DNA from: a virus
Lineage: Duplodnaviria; Caudoviricetes
Length of the DNA: 58,847 nt
Reading direction: 5' to 3' (one strand)
IMG/VR virus record: IMGVR_UViG_3300014613_000029
Location: 1-58,847 of that record
Below are positions 1-7,487 of the stretch, piece after piece; the stretch's first letter is position 1; the number at the start of each line of letters is the position of its first letter. A program made the translations under genes and the position numbers. Below the pieces are notes generated by a model. It saw only the letters and a list, made by a program, of their open reading frames with translations, was not told where the DNA came from and searched no databases.

Positions 1-113
1 TCGACATCATCAACAAGAAAGACAAGAGTTTTTCCAAAACCCATATCTTGATAAAATTCAACGATGACAAATTGTTTTCCCTTGAGTAATGGAACTAATA
101 AAGAATAGACCAT
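1..113 (-). CDS. 5' part of a 65-aa hypothetical protein spanning the window junction (continues 58847..58763)
   Basis: GGAGG RBS then ATG at 113. Reads MVYSLLVPLLKGKQFVIVEFYQDMGFGKTLVFLVDDV-D-WLLVDSSVENIPDEIYFPFINLLEEAK* when the ends are joined. Confidence 0.7.
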   Translation of the reverse strand, partial: MVYSLLVPLLKGKQFVIVEFYQDMGFGKTLVFLVDDV

Positions 114-122
114 AAAACCTCC

Positions 123-244
123 ATATAACAATTAGATTCAGTGGACGGCGAGCAAGCACCTTTATGACGCTTGGACTATCCATGGTAAAGGTTGAGCCCT
201 TTCGTCCCTTTCGGCATCGCCGCCACTGATCTAAGGCGTTATGC
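123..244 (+). repeat. attC-like recombination site 1
   Basis: ATATAAC-AATTA-GATTCAGT-GGAC-GGCG ... CGCC-G-CCACTGAT-CTAAGGC-GTTATGC. Imperfect palindrome with AAC/GTT ends and unpaired bases in one arm. Confidence 0.8.
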
Positions 245-409
245 AATAGAATCTAAAAACCTTTGTGCTTTTTTAATACTCGCAAAAGTATAAGGCATCA
301 TAGTGATAACAGGACCGAAATCACTGGGTGATAGAAATCCTTTATTGCTTTTTATTGCCCACCAAACTACTCCAGACCATGAAGCAACGGGGACGATTTT
401 GTATTTCAT
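239..409 (-). CDS. Cassette-borne hypothetical protein (56 aa, MKYKIVPV...)
   Basis: GGAGG RBS at 414-418 and ATG at 409. The TAA stop lies inside the GTTA core of attC1. Confidence 0.7.
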   Translation of the reverse strand: MKYKIVPVASWSGVVWWAIKSNKGFLSPSDFGPVITMMPYTFASIKKAQRFLDSIA

Positions 410-427
410 AAGACCTCCTAAAAAATC

Positions 428-516
428 GCATAACAACCAGCTTGACACCGACTGGTGATAGCCAGTTGGCTAAAAAGGTTACTCACTGCCCCAGCGGGTT
501 AGCCGGAGCGTTAGCC
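428..516 (+). repeat. attC-like recombination site 2
   Basis: GCATAAC-AACCAGCTTGACACCGACTGG ... CCAGCGGGTTAGCCGGAGC-GTTAGCC. Confidence 0.7.
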
Positions 517-744
517 CACAAATGGGCGATCTACATCCAATCTCTGGGGCTGTAGAGGTTTATTAAACGTAAGCATTCTCAGCCATATTCTGCCATTAAT
601 AAGTAACTTGAATCGTTCTTTCCAAGTCAATTGCCAACAAGATATTACCGTGCCATCATCCCCTTTCCATGCGGGCAGGGGAATATATTCTGGTTGATTT
701 TCTGCAAAAGTTACATTAGCTTCTTTAAACTTAACCGGTTTCAT
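511..744 (-). CDS. Cassette-borne phage-type hypothetical protein (77 aa)
   Basis: AGGAGG RBS. The stop lies in the GTTA core of attC2. The QPEYxPLPA / SCWxLTWxER / LTFNKPLQP pattern resembles a recurrent small phage protein family (recalled, not searched). Confidence 0.8.
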   Translation of the reverse strand: MKPVKFKEANVTFAENQPEYIPLPAWKGDDGTVISCWQLTWKERFKLLINGRIWLRMLTFNKPLQPQRLDVDRPFVG

Positions 745-761
745 TGATGCCTCCTTTTGTG

Positions 762-885
762 GGCTAACAAATCATTGGAGTTGACGGCCAATGGGCGGGG
801 TGACCTGCGTTCCCGCAGTACGCTTCATCAGCAGGTGAGTCATTCACGTATGACCACTGGCCGCCACTTACCTCAGTCGTTATGT
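762..885 (+). repeat. attC-like recombination site 3
   Basis: GGCTAAC-AAATC-ATTGGAGT-TGAC-GGCC ... GGCC-G-CCACTTAC-CTCAGTC-GTTATGT. Box spacing matches the classical attC layout. Confidence 0.8.
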
Positions 886-889
886 TGAA

Positions 890-1105
890 TTAAGTTCTTT
901 TTCCGCAGTGCTTACATTCCTTTCCCAATTCAAACCAATAGCATCCTTTCATGTTTGCTCTGGTATATGTAATAAAAATACCTTGCTCACATTTCACACC
1001 GCCTTCATAGTGAATACAGGTTGGGCAGATCCAACCATCAACGGTTGGAGACTGTTCATAAATTATATCTTCGAGGGTTGTTATATTCCTTTCTCCTGTT
1101 CCCAT
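890..1105 (-). CDS. Cassette-borne Cys-rich hypothetical protein (71 aa)
   Basis: AGGAGG RBS preceded by a GTTATAA core-like site (1123-1117, minus strand). CxxC motifs. Confidence 0.7.
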   Translation of the reverse strand: MGTGERNITTLEDIIYEQSPTVDGWICPTCIHYEGGVKCEQGIFITYTRANMKGCYWFELGKECKHCGKRT

Positions 1106-1148
1106 AAAATCCTCCTTTATAACTTCCGCCCCCTACCCACCTCATCGT

Positions 1149-1712
1149 TTAATGAAAAAACTCACTATGCGTCGGTGGATTTAGAAGTATAATACCTTTA
1201 AGCTTCGTTACCACTGCCTCAACGCATGGACTCTTTACTCCTCTCATTACCATACAGAGATGCATACCTTCTACACAACAGCCTACTCCTTGGGGTTTTA
1301 ACTTCTCTTCTAAAAAGGCGCAGATCATACCCGGAAGATCCTCTTGAAGAGGAAGGAAGGTTATGAAGTAGTTAGCAAGCTCAGGGAGCTTACTCAAACC
1401 AACTGCAAGACCTCTTGGAATATAACCAATGCGAAAGGTATAACGTACCGGTAGAAGGTGGTGTGGACAGAAGCCCCATACCACGTGGTTTTTGACGACC
1501 ATCATCTCATTACACTCGGTTGTAAATACAGTAAGAACCGGTTCCTTTACGTCGAAAAACTCTTTCCACATTCGCTCGATGCGTTCTGGTGTTCCATCGA
1601 AGTTTGGATTGTTCAGCTTGTGAATCCTGAGGATTCGTCTGATGGCTTGTTGCATCGTTGAAGGTTCTCCTTTCGTTTTATTCTCTTCCTCCATATCTAA
1701 CTTCTGCCTCAT
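1149..1712 (-). CDS. folE: GTP cyclohydrolase I
   Basis: TPERIERMW, CPHHLLP, GLSKL, LQE and HLCMVMRGV motifs. True start may be 1694. Confidence 0.95.
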   Translation of the reverse strand: MRQKLDMEEENKTKGEPSTMQQAIRRILRIHKLNNPNFDGTPERIERMWKEFFDVKEPVLTVFTTECNEMMVVKNHVVWGFCPHHLLPVRYTFRIGYIPRGLAVGLSKLPELANYFITFLPLQEDLPGMICAFLEEKLKPQGVGCCVEGMHLCMVMRGVKSPCVEAVVTKLKGIILLNPPTHSEFFH

Positions 1713-1896
1713 CTATTTTACTTCCCCAATAATCTTGCTCGGCTCTGGTTACAAGTTTATAAGAATCTGCTTTATCCAAGAACTTACTAACAACCTCTTC
1801 TATATCTTCTTCATCTTCTTTAGCTAACCCTTCTCTAACCATCTGGTTAAATATGATTTCTGTAAATAACTCTGGGTTATGACTCCAATAGCTCAT
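1678..1896 (-). CDS. Hypothetical protein
   Basis: GAGG RBS; packed in the minus-strand operon. Confidence 0.6.
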   Translation of the reverse strand: MSYWSHNPELFTEIIFNQMVREGLAKEDEEDIEEVVSKFLDKADSYKLVTRAEQDYWGSKIDEAEVRYGGRE

Positions 1897-2059
1897 CTTT
1901 GGCCTCCTCTGTTACTATTTGTTTTGTAATCGGCAGCCTAATCGCTTGAAAGTCAAACATAGCTCTCTCAGGGAATCCTCTTGTATTTCTAAACCATTCT
2001 CCTTTCATTGGACTCCTAACTTCTCCAGTGTCTTCATATATTATCTTTATTTCCTTCAT
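1877..2059 (-). CDS. Hypothetical protein (likely start MKEIK)
   Basis: AGGAG upstream; operon context. Confidence 0.5.
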   Translation of the reverse strand: MKEIKIIYEDTGEVRSPMKGEWFRNTRGFPERAMFDFQAIRLPITKQIVTEEAKDELLES

Positions 2060-2282
2060 CTTCTTTCTCCTTCCGTTCTGGGTTAAGCTTAAAGTCAAGA
2101 GGAAGCTTGTTAACCTTCTTCCACTCGAACATTGCCTCTTTAAGAACTTGGCCGAATCTTATCATCTCAGAGGCAGTAAGAATGAAGAGCAGTCTGTGAT
2201 CTGCGATTGGCCAGCAGACTTCTTCATCATCTTCATAGAACTCTACACACTCCTCATCAATGCTAAAGGTAAAGGTTCTCAT
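2034..2282 (-). CDS. Hypothetical protein
   Basis: AAGGAG RBS; operon context. Confidence 0.55.
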   Translation of the reverse strand: MRTFTFSIDEECVEFYEDDEEVCWPIADHRLLFILTASEMIRFGQVLKEAMFEWKKVNKLPLDFKLNPERKEKEDEGNKDNI

Positions 2283-2718
2283 CGTCTCTCCTTTGAGCTC
2301 GGTGATGGGCTCTAAGGCTTCTCTTTAAGACGCCTTTCTCTTTCACCATGTTGAATGCTTTCCACGCAGAGTACTTCCACATTCTCTCTACCTTTTCAAT
2401 CCAGTAGAGAGGAAGTTCGTAAGTGTAACGCTTTGAGTTTACTAAGACTGTGATTTGATCTGGGTTGTGAGTCCAGCTTAAAATTATGGGTGGTGTAGGC
2501 TTTCTATTTTGTAGTATTACTGAGTCGATAACCTCGCCGCAACCTGTACACCTCAGGCCCTCATACTTTTCGAGAGCACTTTCTGTTTTAGGAGGGTAGA
2601 AGGTTTCTTTAATTAGAAGTCCTTGGCATTTAGAACACCTCATCTCAACCTCCAAGTAGATATTGCACCTATAGTAGCACAAGTCCAACCGAGCATAGCA
2701 CTCCAGTTTCTGTCCCAT
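2263..2718 (-). CDS. Zn-ribbon hypothetical protein (likely start MRCSKC at 2643)
   Basis: CxxC...CxxC; GGAGG before the internal ATG. Confidence 0.55.
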   Translation of the reverse strand: MGQKLECYARLDLCYYRCNIYLEVEMRCSKCQGLLIKETFYPPKTESALEKYEGLRCTGCGEVIDSVILQNRKPTPPIILSWTHNPDQITVLVNSKRYTYELPLYWIEKVERMWKYSAWKAFNMVKEKGVLKRSLRAHHRAQRRDDENLYL

Positions 2719-2788
2719 GCGGGTAAGATAACGTTTAGTAAGAAGAGAGTAAGTAATATCCGATTAAACATTACTTTATACCTCCTTT

Positions 2789-3049
2789 CTACTTTATCCT
2801 CCAACACCTAACCCCTATGATTGTATTATCTTCTTTAATACACCTCGTCGTAAACTTTCGATCTCCGTATTTTGCTCGACTATTTCTTACAGTTCCCATA
2901 ATAGACGACTGAATTCTGTCAACTTCAACTCTTGATGAGCAAGGAACAAGGAAGGAATCTTCAACTTCCATTTCTAAAAAAGGGTAAAGCTTATTGCAAG
3001 TCCATTTTTGGGTTGATGGTATTGGAATAGTCTTTTCTATTTGGTACAT
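2789..3049 (-). CDS. Small phage protein with YPFxxMEVxDSF motif (putative DNA-binding)
   Basis: IEKTIPIP...YPFLEMEVEDSFLVP...IGVRCWR pattern typical of a common phage family. Confidence 0.6.
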   Translation of the reverse strand: MYQIEKTIPIPSTQKWTCNKLYPFLEMEVEDSFLVPCSSRVEVDRIQSSIMGTVRNSRAKYGDRKFTTRCIKEDNTIIGVRCWRIK

Positions 3050-3064
3050 AGCTTCTTTCCTTTC

Positions 3065-3137
3065 AAAAAAAAGCGAGGAGGGCTGGTACGTAATTTCGAC
3101 TTTACCCGAGGGCAGACGCCGCCAGTTCCCTCCCCCC
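3065..3137 (-). terminator. Rho-independent terminator with large loop
   Basis: Minus strand: GGGGAGGG(AA)CTGG pairs with CCAGCCCTCCTC, followed by T8. Confidence 0.6.
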
Positions 3138-3150
3138 TTTACTGTACAGA

Positions 3151-3654
3151 TTACTTCCCAAGAAAGGTCTTTGCTGAAATCTCAGTCCTTTCCTTACCCT
3201 TATCATCCATACCTTTTACCAGGACGAGCTTCCACTCTGTATCCTCGAAGGTCTCTTCGATCATCTCATGGAACTCCTCTTCGCTGTAGTCACCTACAGG
3301 AAGGCCTTCACCTTTTGCCTCTTTGTAAGCATCGTTCAGCTTAAAGAGTGCTTGAGGTTGAAGACTGTAAGTCTCAAGGACACGCTCACCAACAGTAGTT
3401 GGCTGATCCTCGTCGTCGTTCAGCTCATCAAGAACGGTGTACATAAAGGTTACCTTGGGTTGCTTTGTCTGTGAAAGACCCCAAGCAAGCTTTTCAAGAG
3501 AAGCTTTCGTTGTGCCTGTCATCACTTTGAGCTCTCCACCAAGTCCTTCAGGAATGTGAATGCTCATCCCTCCTTTGGAAGGTGCTTGCTCCTCACGAAC
3601 TTTACCTTTTCCTGCTGGTGCAGGCTTACTTTTACCTGGTCTGTTTACTGCCAT
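3151..3654 (-). CDS. Putative single-stranded DNA-binding protein (DUF669-like)
   Basis: Acidic OB-fold-like pattern; third gene of the Sak4-exonuclease-SSB module. Confidence 0.6.
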   Translation of the reverse strand: MAVNRPGKSKPAPAGKGKVREEQAPSKGGMSIHIPEGLGGELKVMTGTTKASLEKLAWGLSQTKQPKVTFMYTVLDELNDDEDQPTTVGERVLETYSLQPQALFKLNDAYKEAKGEGLPVGDYSEEEFHEMIEETFEDTEWKLVLVKGMDDKGKERTEISAKTFLGK

Positions 3655-3713
3655 TTTGAATTCCTCCTTTTTTGTCGCGTTGCGACTAAGTTTATAGTTG
3701 AGAGTCAGTGAAA

Positions 3714-4619
3714 CTAACTACCTTCTTCTTGTTCACCTCCCTTCTCTTTTGCTAAGTCCTCTTCAGCAGGTCGAATAGTATAGAAGTCTTTACGATTATC
3801 TGGTGTATCGTTGTCGCAAAGGATCTTAAACTCGCATGCCCTTCCATAGTTCAAGCAGGCTGAAGAGGGATAGAAATCTCCGCGCTGAATGTCTCGTAAA
3901 ACACCCTGGCAAGTTTCATGCATTCTCTCAATGCCAGGTCGACTAACTGGTGAGAAGGCACGTGGAAATTGAGGCACTTGGGTTTTGATAAGCATACTGT
4001 AAATTGTACCAGAGAGCTTCTCCTTGAAGTTCTCTTCAATGACGAAGTCATAGATCGCACCCTGCAAACCTGCCTTCAAGCCATTAAGGTAGTAGTTATC
4101 GATACGCTTTGCGGTCTTATACTCCAAGCGCCAAAGGCGCTCGTCTTGCGTGCGGGCCAAGCCATCAATACGTGCATAGAGATAGTAATCAGGCATTTCG
4201 TACTGAACGTGAACTTCACTACTAATAATCTTCAAAGGATCTTGTTCGTATTGCTTGATGTAGCCTATGACAAGGCGTGCCGCTTCACGAGCTATGGTGA
4301 GTGACTCATCTCCTTCGTTGAAGGAGTAAAGCTTTTGGACATACTGTTCAAGTTTCTCGATGTGTTCTTTGGTAAGCTTTCCATCATTCCAGAGCTTTAG
4401 CAAATCGTGTGCTACCGCACCAATCTGGAGATTCTCGTCCTTCTTCTTAGCTTGTAACCCGTCAATGTAATAGAGTTTATAACGTTGGTGGCAGTGTAGC
4501 CAAATCGAGAGTTTGTTATGAGAGAAGCGGATCTTTCCTTTTGAAGGGTTAGGATCGAAGGTTTCCAAGCTTCCATCTTTTACTTTGAGAGCTTTATGTC
4601 CTTTCTTTCTTTCAGGCAT
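3714..4619 (-). CDS. PD-(D/E)XK RecB/Cas4-like exonuclease
   Basis: FSHNKL..W..C, G...H, E, RIDGL, LEYKT, Q..IY and C..Y...C.F...C motifs. AGGAGG RBS before MPERKK. Confidence 0.85.
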   Translation of the reverse strand: MPERKKGHKALKVKDGSLETFDPNPSKGKIRFSHNKLSIWLHCHQRYKLYYIDGLQAKKKDENLQIGAVAHDLLKLWNDGKLTKEHIEKLEQYVQKLYSFNEGDESLTIAREAARLVIGYIKQYEQDPLKIISSEVHVQYEMPDYYLYARIDGLARTQDERLWRLEYKTAKRIDNYYLNGLKAGLQGAIYDFVIEENFKEKLSGTIYSMLIKTQVPQFPRAFSPVSRPGIERMHETCQGVLRDIQRGDFYPSSACLNYGRACEFKILCDNDTPDNRKDFYTIRPAEEDLAKEKGGEQEEGS

Positions 4620-4645
4620 CTTACCTCCTTTCGTTAACTTAGATG

Positions 4646-4930
4646 TTATAGTATGTTTCCGCAATGTGGACAGCCTGTGCCTACGATGTTGAGAAAACGA
4701 CTAACAGCACAGACGAAATAACCTTTTGTCCTATTCCACAATAGAACATCGTTATGATGAGAAGGATCGTATAAGTTCTCGGTAGGAAGGCGCATACCCA
4801 CCGCCTTCACAATCAGAACATCATTACTGAAAATTCCTCCGAGTGCGGACTCATGCATCACTACTCCTAATGGTAGTAGAGACATCGTTCCACTATGGTC
4901 AGCAAATTTTACAACATCTCCAACTTTCAT
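4646..4930 (-). CDS. Hypothetical protein
   Basis: MKVGDVV start with AGGAGG RBS. Confidence 0.6.
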   Translation of the reverse strand: MKVGDVVKFADHSGTMSLLPLGVVMHESALGGIFSNDVLIVKAVGMRLPTENLYDPSHHNDVLLWNRTKGYFVCAVSRFLNIVGTGCPHCGNIL

Positions 4931-5111
4931 CTTTTACCTCCTTTCTACGCAGCTGCATCCTTATTCCTAAGGATGTCCATTCTGATGAGGTTATCAGTTA
5001 CGCGATAAACCTTAATGATGTGCCCGTTAACAGCTTGCTCGACCTTTATCGTGCCTTGTTGGTTCCAAATGAACGTTAAGAGCTCGTTATACTTATCAAT
5101 AATTTCCTTCT

Positions 5112-5945
5112 TCACTTCTTACCTCCTTTCACCTTCGGCGAGGACTTCGCAAGCTCTTCCTTAAACAAGGTTGCAAAGTCACTCTCCTCTTCAGTGTCGA
5201 GGGCACGACTAGTCCGAGCCTCAGCCTTACCTACTGGCCGAGTCTCTACATAATAGATAGGCGAGCCCTCAGCAGGTATTTCAACCTTTGTATGATAAAT
5301 CTCTGTGAAGTAATCACCTACTTTGAAACGCATCGATCCTGCGATCTGGGGATAAATACCAACTACCCTACCTGTTTCTTCATCTCGATCTACCTGTTCG
5401 TGTGCGATGATGATAACGTGTTTGTACATGCCTTGGAGGCTTTGCAAAGTATGGAAGATCTCTTCAAGGTTGGAAGCCCAGGCTGCCCAATGATCACGTT
5501 CGAACTTTCCTTTATTTGTAAGAAAGAGAAGAAGTCGAGTGAGATGTTCCAGCAGGATAGTTAAGGAGTCAGGAGCAACAAGAACGGTGCAGTTATCAGG
5601 ATCCTTCTTGCCCGCTCGGTGAAGTTTTGAGAGCTCATCAATAATATCGACGAACTCTAAATAACCCTGCGGTTGTTTACTTGGAGGGTTCATTCCAAAC
5701 GAGCCCTTTACTACGATAATTCCTTTTACCCTGTCTCTCAAGGTTCCATCAAGGAGAGGTGATTTGATAGGTTGAACGATCCAAGAGCCCTCCTTGATGA
5801 AGGGCTGAAGGTTTTGCATGTCATGTGCTTTACCATCGACGTCGATGTGACGTACCTTGTGACCCATTTTGATTAGTGTTGTTGGTAAGGTTGTCTTACC
5901 GGTGCCAGGCCGGCCGTACAAGAATATAAAACTCGTAAAAACCAC
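5112..5945 (-). CDS. AAA_24 / Sak4-like ATPase recombinase
   Basis: YGRPGTGKTT Walker A, DSLT, IIIAHE; next to exonuclease and SSB. Confidence 0.85.
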   Translation of the reverse strand: MVFTSFIFLYGRPGTGKTTLPTTLIKMGHKVRHIDVDGKAHDMQNLQPFIKEGSWIVQPIKSPLLDGTLRDRVKGIIVVKGSFGMNPPSKQPQGYLEFVDIIDELSKLHRAGKKDPDNCTVLVAPDSLTILLEHLTRLLLFLTNKGKFERDHWAAWASNLEEIFHTLQSLQGMYKHVIIIAHEQVDRDEETGRVVGIYPQIAGSMRFKVGDYFTEIYHTKVEIPAEGSPIYYVETRPVGKAEARTSRALDTEEESDFATLFKEELAKSSPKVKGGKK

Positions 5946-5966
5946 CTCCTTTCCTTTATACTTTTA

Positions 5967-6152
5967 CTACTTACTTTTCTGCCAAGCTAAGTCACTTGAT
6001 CCTGGTTTTGCAAGTACTACTTCTTCATAGCCTGCTTTGGCCATCGTTACTTTTTTCCAATGATAAAGATAAACTGTCCCTAACCAAACAGCAACTATAG
6101 CTCCGGCTATTAAAGCTGTTAACCAGCAGAACATTCTTTGCTCCCCGTCCAT
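5967..6152 (-). CDS. Small membrane protein
   Basis: Single hydrophobic helix; GGAGG-type RBS. Confidence 0.6.
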   Translation of the reverse strand: MDGEQRMFCWLTALIAGAIVAVWLGTVYLYHWKKVTMAKAGYEEVVLAKPGSSDLAWQKSK

Positions 6153-6158
6153 TGTTTA

Positions 6159-6455
6159 TCACCTCCTCTCAGTAATCTCTAAGGTGTTCCATGCAGCTTG
6201 TCTTCTGTGAAATGTTTTATGACATTTTCGATGTGACGCTTCTAAGTTCCCAACGGTGTTATTCTCCCTATTCTCATCTACATGATGAATAGTAAAAAGA
6301 AAGAGATCTTCCTTTGTGAGCTCTTTGTGACAAAAGAAGCATCTCGGCTGGTACTTCTTAATCATGAAGAGAAGGGTAGGTTTTAGCTTATTAAGCTGTC
6401 TTAGAGCAGAACTACCCTTTTTAACTGGTCTTGGTTTCTTCCTTATCCTCTTCAT
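6159..6455 (-). CDS. HNH endonuclease
   Basis: CFFC...IHHVDENRENN...NL...HRKCHKTFH. Likely start MKRIRKK. Confidence 0.8.
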   Translation of the reverse strand: MKRIRKKPRPVKKGSSALRQLNKLKPTLLFMIKKYQPRCFFCHKELTKEDLFLFTIHHVDENRENNTVGNLEASHRKCHKTFHRRQAAWNTLEITERR

Positions 6456-6456
6456 T

Positions 6457-6933
6457 CTACCACCCTCTTGTACAAAATAAAGGCTTGAAACCTTCACCAT
6501 TATCAAGCCGAAGAATCCAATCCTCCTTCCACTTCTCACCAAGAGGGAGGCAGTGGGAAAGATAATACCTTTCCCCTAGCTCGAAGAGTGCCTGGAGTTC
6601 TGTAGAATAGTAGTTTCCTCGAAGATCAGGAAGGTTGATGAAGGTCTTCTTTTTACCTTTAATGAGGTTGGGCTCCCCGAGCTTTTTGAGAGCATCCTTT
6701 AAGGTTCTTCGTCCATCTAAGGTTAAAAGGTTGAGAAGATCGATCTCCTCTTGGGTGTAGACCTTGCACTGCTGCTCTACAAGGAAGTAATTAAGAAGCT
6801 CTTGGTCACCCGCCTGAGCCTCTTGAAAGAGCTCTTTGTTCTGCTCGTTGATCTTCCTTAAGGTCTCAGCAGATGTTTTACCATCCGCACCTTTCATTGT
6901 AGGTTTGATGAGCTGTCTTGTTTGTTGATTCAT
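6457..6933 (-). CDS. Hypothetical protein
   Basis: GAGG RBS; 158 aa. Confidence 0.65.
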   Translation of the reverse strand: MNQQTRQLIKPTMKGADGKTSAETLRKINEQNKELFQEAQAGDQELLNYFLVEQQCKVYTQEEIDLLNLLTLDGRRTLKDALKKLGEPNLIKGKKKTFINLPDLRGNYYSTELQALFELGERYYLSHCLPLGEKWKEDWILRLDNGEGFKPLFCTRGW

Positions 6934-6950
6934 CGCATACCTCTGTAAGA

Positions 6951-7039
6951 GAAAAACAAAAAGAGGGAAGATCTGGTTTAGGCTTGCGCTAACTCAGCGC
7001 GTTGGCTTTGCCAACGGCCTATAACCCCGATCTTCCCTC
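6951..7039 (-). terminator. Branched terminator / structured RNA
   Basis: An 11-bp stem (GAGGGAAGATC/GATCTTCCCTC) encloses an inner stem and two hairpins, followed by a U-rich tract on the minus strand. Confidence 0.65.
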
Positions 7040-7055
7040 ACTTTATGAAAACGAT

Positions 7056-7352
7056 TTACTTCATTGCAGCTTCGACCTCTTTATCACTAACACTGATACC
7101 GGCAGCGGCTGCCTTCCTCAAGATTAACTGCTGACGGATACGGAGCTTTTTACTATACTCCATAGCTTTCGCCTTCTGCTCCGGCTTCATCTCGGCCCAG
7201 GTCGAGTATCCTTTGATCTCACCAGCCTCAACTCTTTTCTTCCTTGTCTCTGTCTTGCCCAGAAGTTCAAGGCCTTTGGCGATCTGCTCCGCAGTCGCCT
7301 TCTTGGGGTCAAACTTTACTTCTGCTATCTTTGATACTTTCTTCTCAGCCAT
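7056..7352 (-). CDS. Small basic protein, paralog family A (copy 1)
   Basis: C-terminal LILRKAAAAGISVSDKEVEAAMK is shared with 10948..11133 and 11773..11958. Confidence 0.75.
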   Translation of the reverse strand: MAEKKVSKIAEVKFDPKKATAEQIAKGLELLGKTETRKKRVEAGEIKGYSTWAEMKPEQKAKAMEYSKKLRIRQQLILRKAAAAGISVSDKEVEAAMK

Positions 7353-7487
7353 GGTATACCTTCCTTCCTTTCTTTAGTGCTGCCTTTGGCAGTCACCAAC
7401 CCCTAAAGGGCTTGCTCTTAACGAGCGGATCTAAGTTCACTTCGTCTTGCCTAAACACCTCTGTTGATGGAAGCTCACCTCCTTTCT

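Noticed and set aside
58-246. 62-aa minus-strand ORF in the ORF track
   Set aside because: It runs through attC1 and has no RBS; the ORF starting at 113 with GGAGG explains the region better.
123-885. Possible CRISPR array or simple terminators
   Set aside because: The units are not identical direct repeats, the intervening DNA is whole genes, and there are no U-tracts; attC geometry fits better.
3714-4619. Cas4 as evidence of a CRISPR system
   Set aside because: No array or other cas genes; it lies in the usual Sak4-exonuclease-SSB recombination module.
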